Positions 62,522 to 64,000 of a stretch of 64,000 nt of DNA are shown here, piece by piece. The DNA lies in assembly GCA_018398765.1 (NCBI GenBank), contig JAHBMJ010000068.1, positions 62,001-126,000 on the forward strand, written 5' to 3'. The translations under genes and the position numbers were made by a program. The stretch's first letter is position 1. Each line of letters begins with the position of its first letter. The notes under the pieces were generated by a model. It was not told the DNA's origin. It made no database searches and was given only the letters and a program-made list of their open reading frames with translations. Source of the stretch: Chromera velia (lineage: Eukaryota).

Positions 62522-64000
62522 GTGCTGAAATGCGGGCCCCCAGACTGATAAGAGCTAATTAAGAAACGTTCAGAAATTTAACGTAATTTGATGTAAGTAA
62601 ATTTACGTTAACCGGACTTGATTAATTTGCGATAGATATGGCTTTTTAGTTTTTTTCATAATTTGACGGAGATCCACGTAATTTTTCTCAACCTGTGATA
62701 GTAGCGGGAAGGCCTTAAGGTAGAACATATCAATCAATCAATCAATAATAATATGATTTCAGTCATATTTTCAGTCGTAATTTTTTCATTAGATGGACTT
62801 ATAAAATAATTTTACAGTGTCTATGAGTACTTATCCTTTTAATACAATGTTTCTTTACTAATTTAAATTTTTTTACGAACCAGTTTTATTTTTAGAACCC
62901 CCAAAATTTTTATACACTCAAGGGAGCTTTTTTCTTGTTGCGGACGCATCATTTAAGTCGGTGAACACATAAAATAAGGAGAGGTACCTCTATGACAGAC
63001 TGCTCTCACTTCCTCTTGAGCTGCCTTTGCTGAACGGCTTGCAGTCGTAAGACGAGATGAGATGAATTCGGAAAAAAGAAGCAAAAAACTAAGTGAGCCA
63101 GACCAGAACTGGACAGGACGCAGCTTTCAGCTTAAGTTTGCATTGCTCAAACAGAAAACAACAAGGCACTCAGAATAAGATGGTTCTTGAACTTTTGCAT
63201 GACTGTCACAATGTTATGGAAAAAAATTGAAAATTGCTGATGCCTTGGATGCGGCGCATGCATAAGGAAGAATGGGGATTTTGAGAAGGGATACAACGGC
63301 TTTCCTTCAAATGTGTTTAATGAGTAAGCCCTTTAAAGGTATTGCAATTCATGGATACATGAACTCAGAGAACACGCGTTCAAATGCATGAAGTCCTGTC
63401 AATCATAACTCCATCTGACAAGGTTTCGATCTATCAGGAACGGACGATCAAGAAGAGTCGAAAGAAAGGAACAGTGCATGGAGAGAATAAGATGAAAAGA
63501 TGTCTGACAACAAACAGAAACGGACTGAGCGGGACCGAGCCTGGCACACAGCTCAGCTGACTCGTGTGCCGAACTATGAATTCCAGAAAAAGGGAAAGTA
63601 TCAAAAACGAAACGCGTGAGAAAACATTGTCAGTCCAGTTCCCTCAATCGAATCAATTCAAAGGACAAGAGGACAAGAAAGTTAACTCTCCTGCTCTCCA
63701 TCGATCTCGACGCAAGACCAGTCATGATGCTGCAGTGCCCATCGTACTGCCATCACTATGTCCCCTCTCAGTGCCACCCTCTGCTCTTTGCCACTCTCTG
63801 CTCTTTCTTCTAACTAAGCAGAGGGTCTGCCCTGACCGACAGACTGGCCTTCTCCCTTAAGTGTGGGGCCTTGCGGCCCGGGTGTAGGGTTGGGATGGGG
63901 GAAACCTCCAGGAGTGGGTCCTGAGAATCCTTGCTGAAAGCTCTGCCCCCCCTGTTTCTGCTGCCCCACTGCTGAATACCCGCGGAGATGGGCTTCCAGT

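Overview
Eukaryotic nuclear DNA, not prokaryotic. It has intron-rich genes with GT..AG borders (acceptors mostly TGCAG), microsatellite-packed introns, TGCATGCA clusters upstream of genes and AT-rich intergenic patches. This is most consistent with a chromerid/apicomplexan-related alveolate such as Chromera (inference only). I hand-spliced six protein-coding genes with consistent intron phases. (1) A 15-exon CCDC180/CFAP76-like flagellar protein (+, 1331-13327). (2) A 12-exon, four-TM membrane protein (-, 15820-25309) built from two tandem copies of a domain resembling the periplasmic sensor of cyanobacterial methyl-accepting chemotaxis proteins, with no bacterial signalling module; this is the most unusual item in the window. 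(3) A ~1350-aa disordered protein with FFAT-like motifs and an internal repeat (+, 26224-30697). (4) A proteobacterial-type (GltA) citrate synthase with 3 introns (-, 34066-37021). (5) A ~15-exon coiled-coil protein ending in a CaaX-like CPQQ (-, 44561-54636). (6) A DHHC palmitoyltransferase (-, 58215-61310). Intergenic DNA holds abutting TA-flanked MITEs, a 5.4-kb complex minisatellite element, a decayed non-LTR retrotransposon 3' end, a ~210-bp direct-repeat element and two assembly gaps. All family assignments come from recalled motifs; no searches were run.
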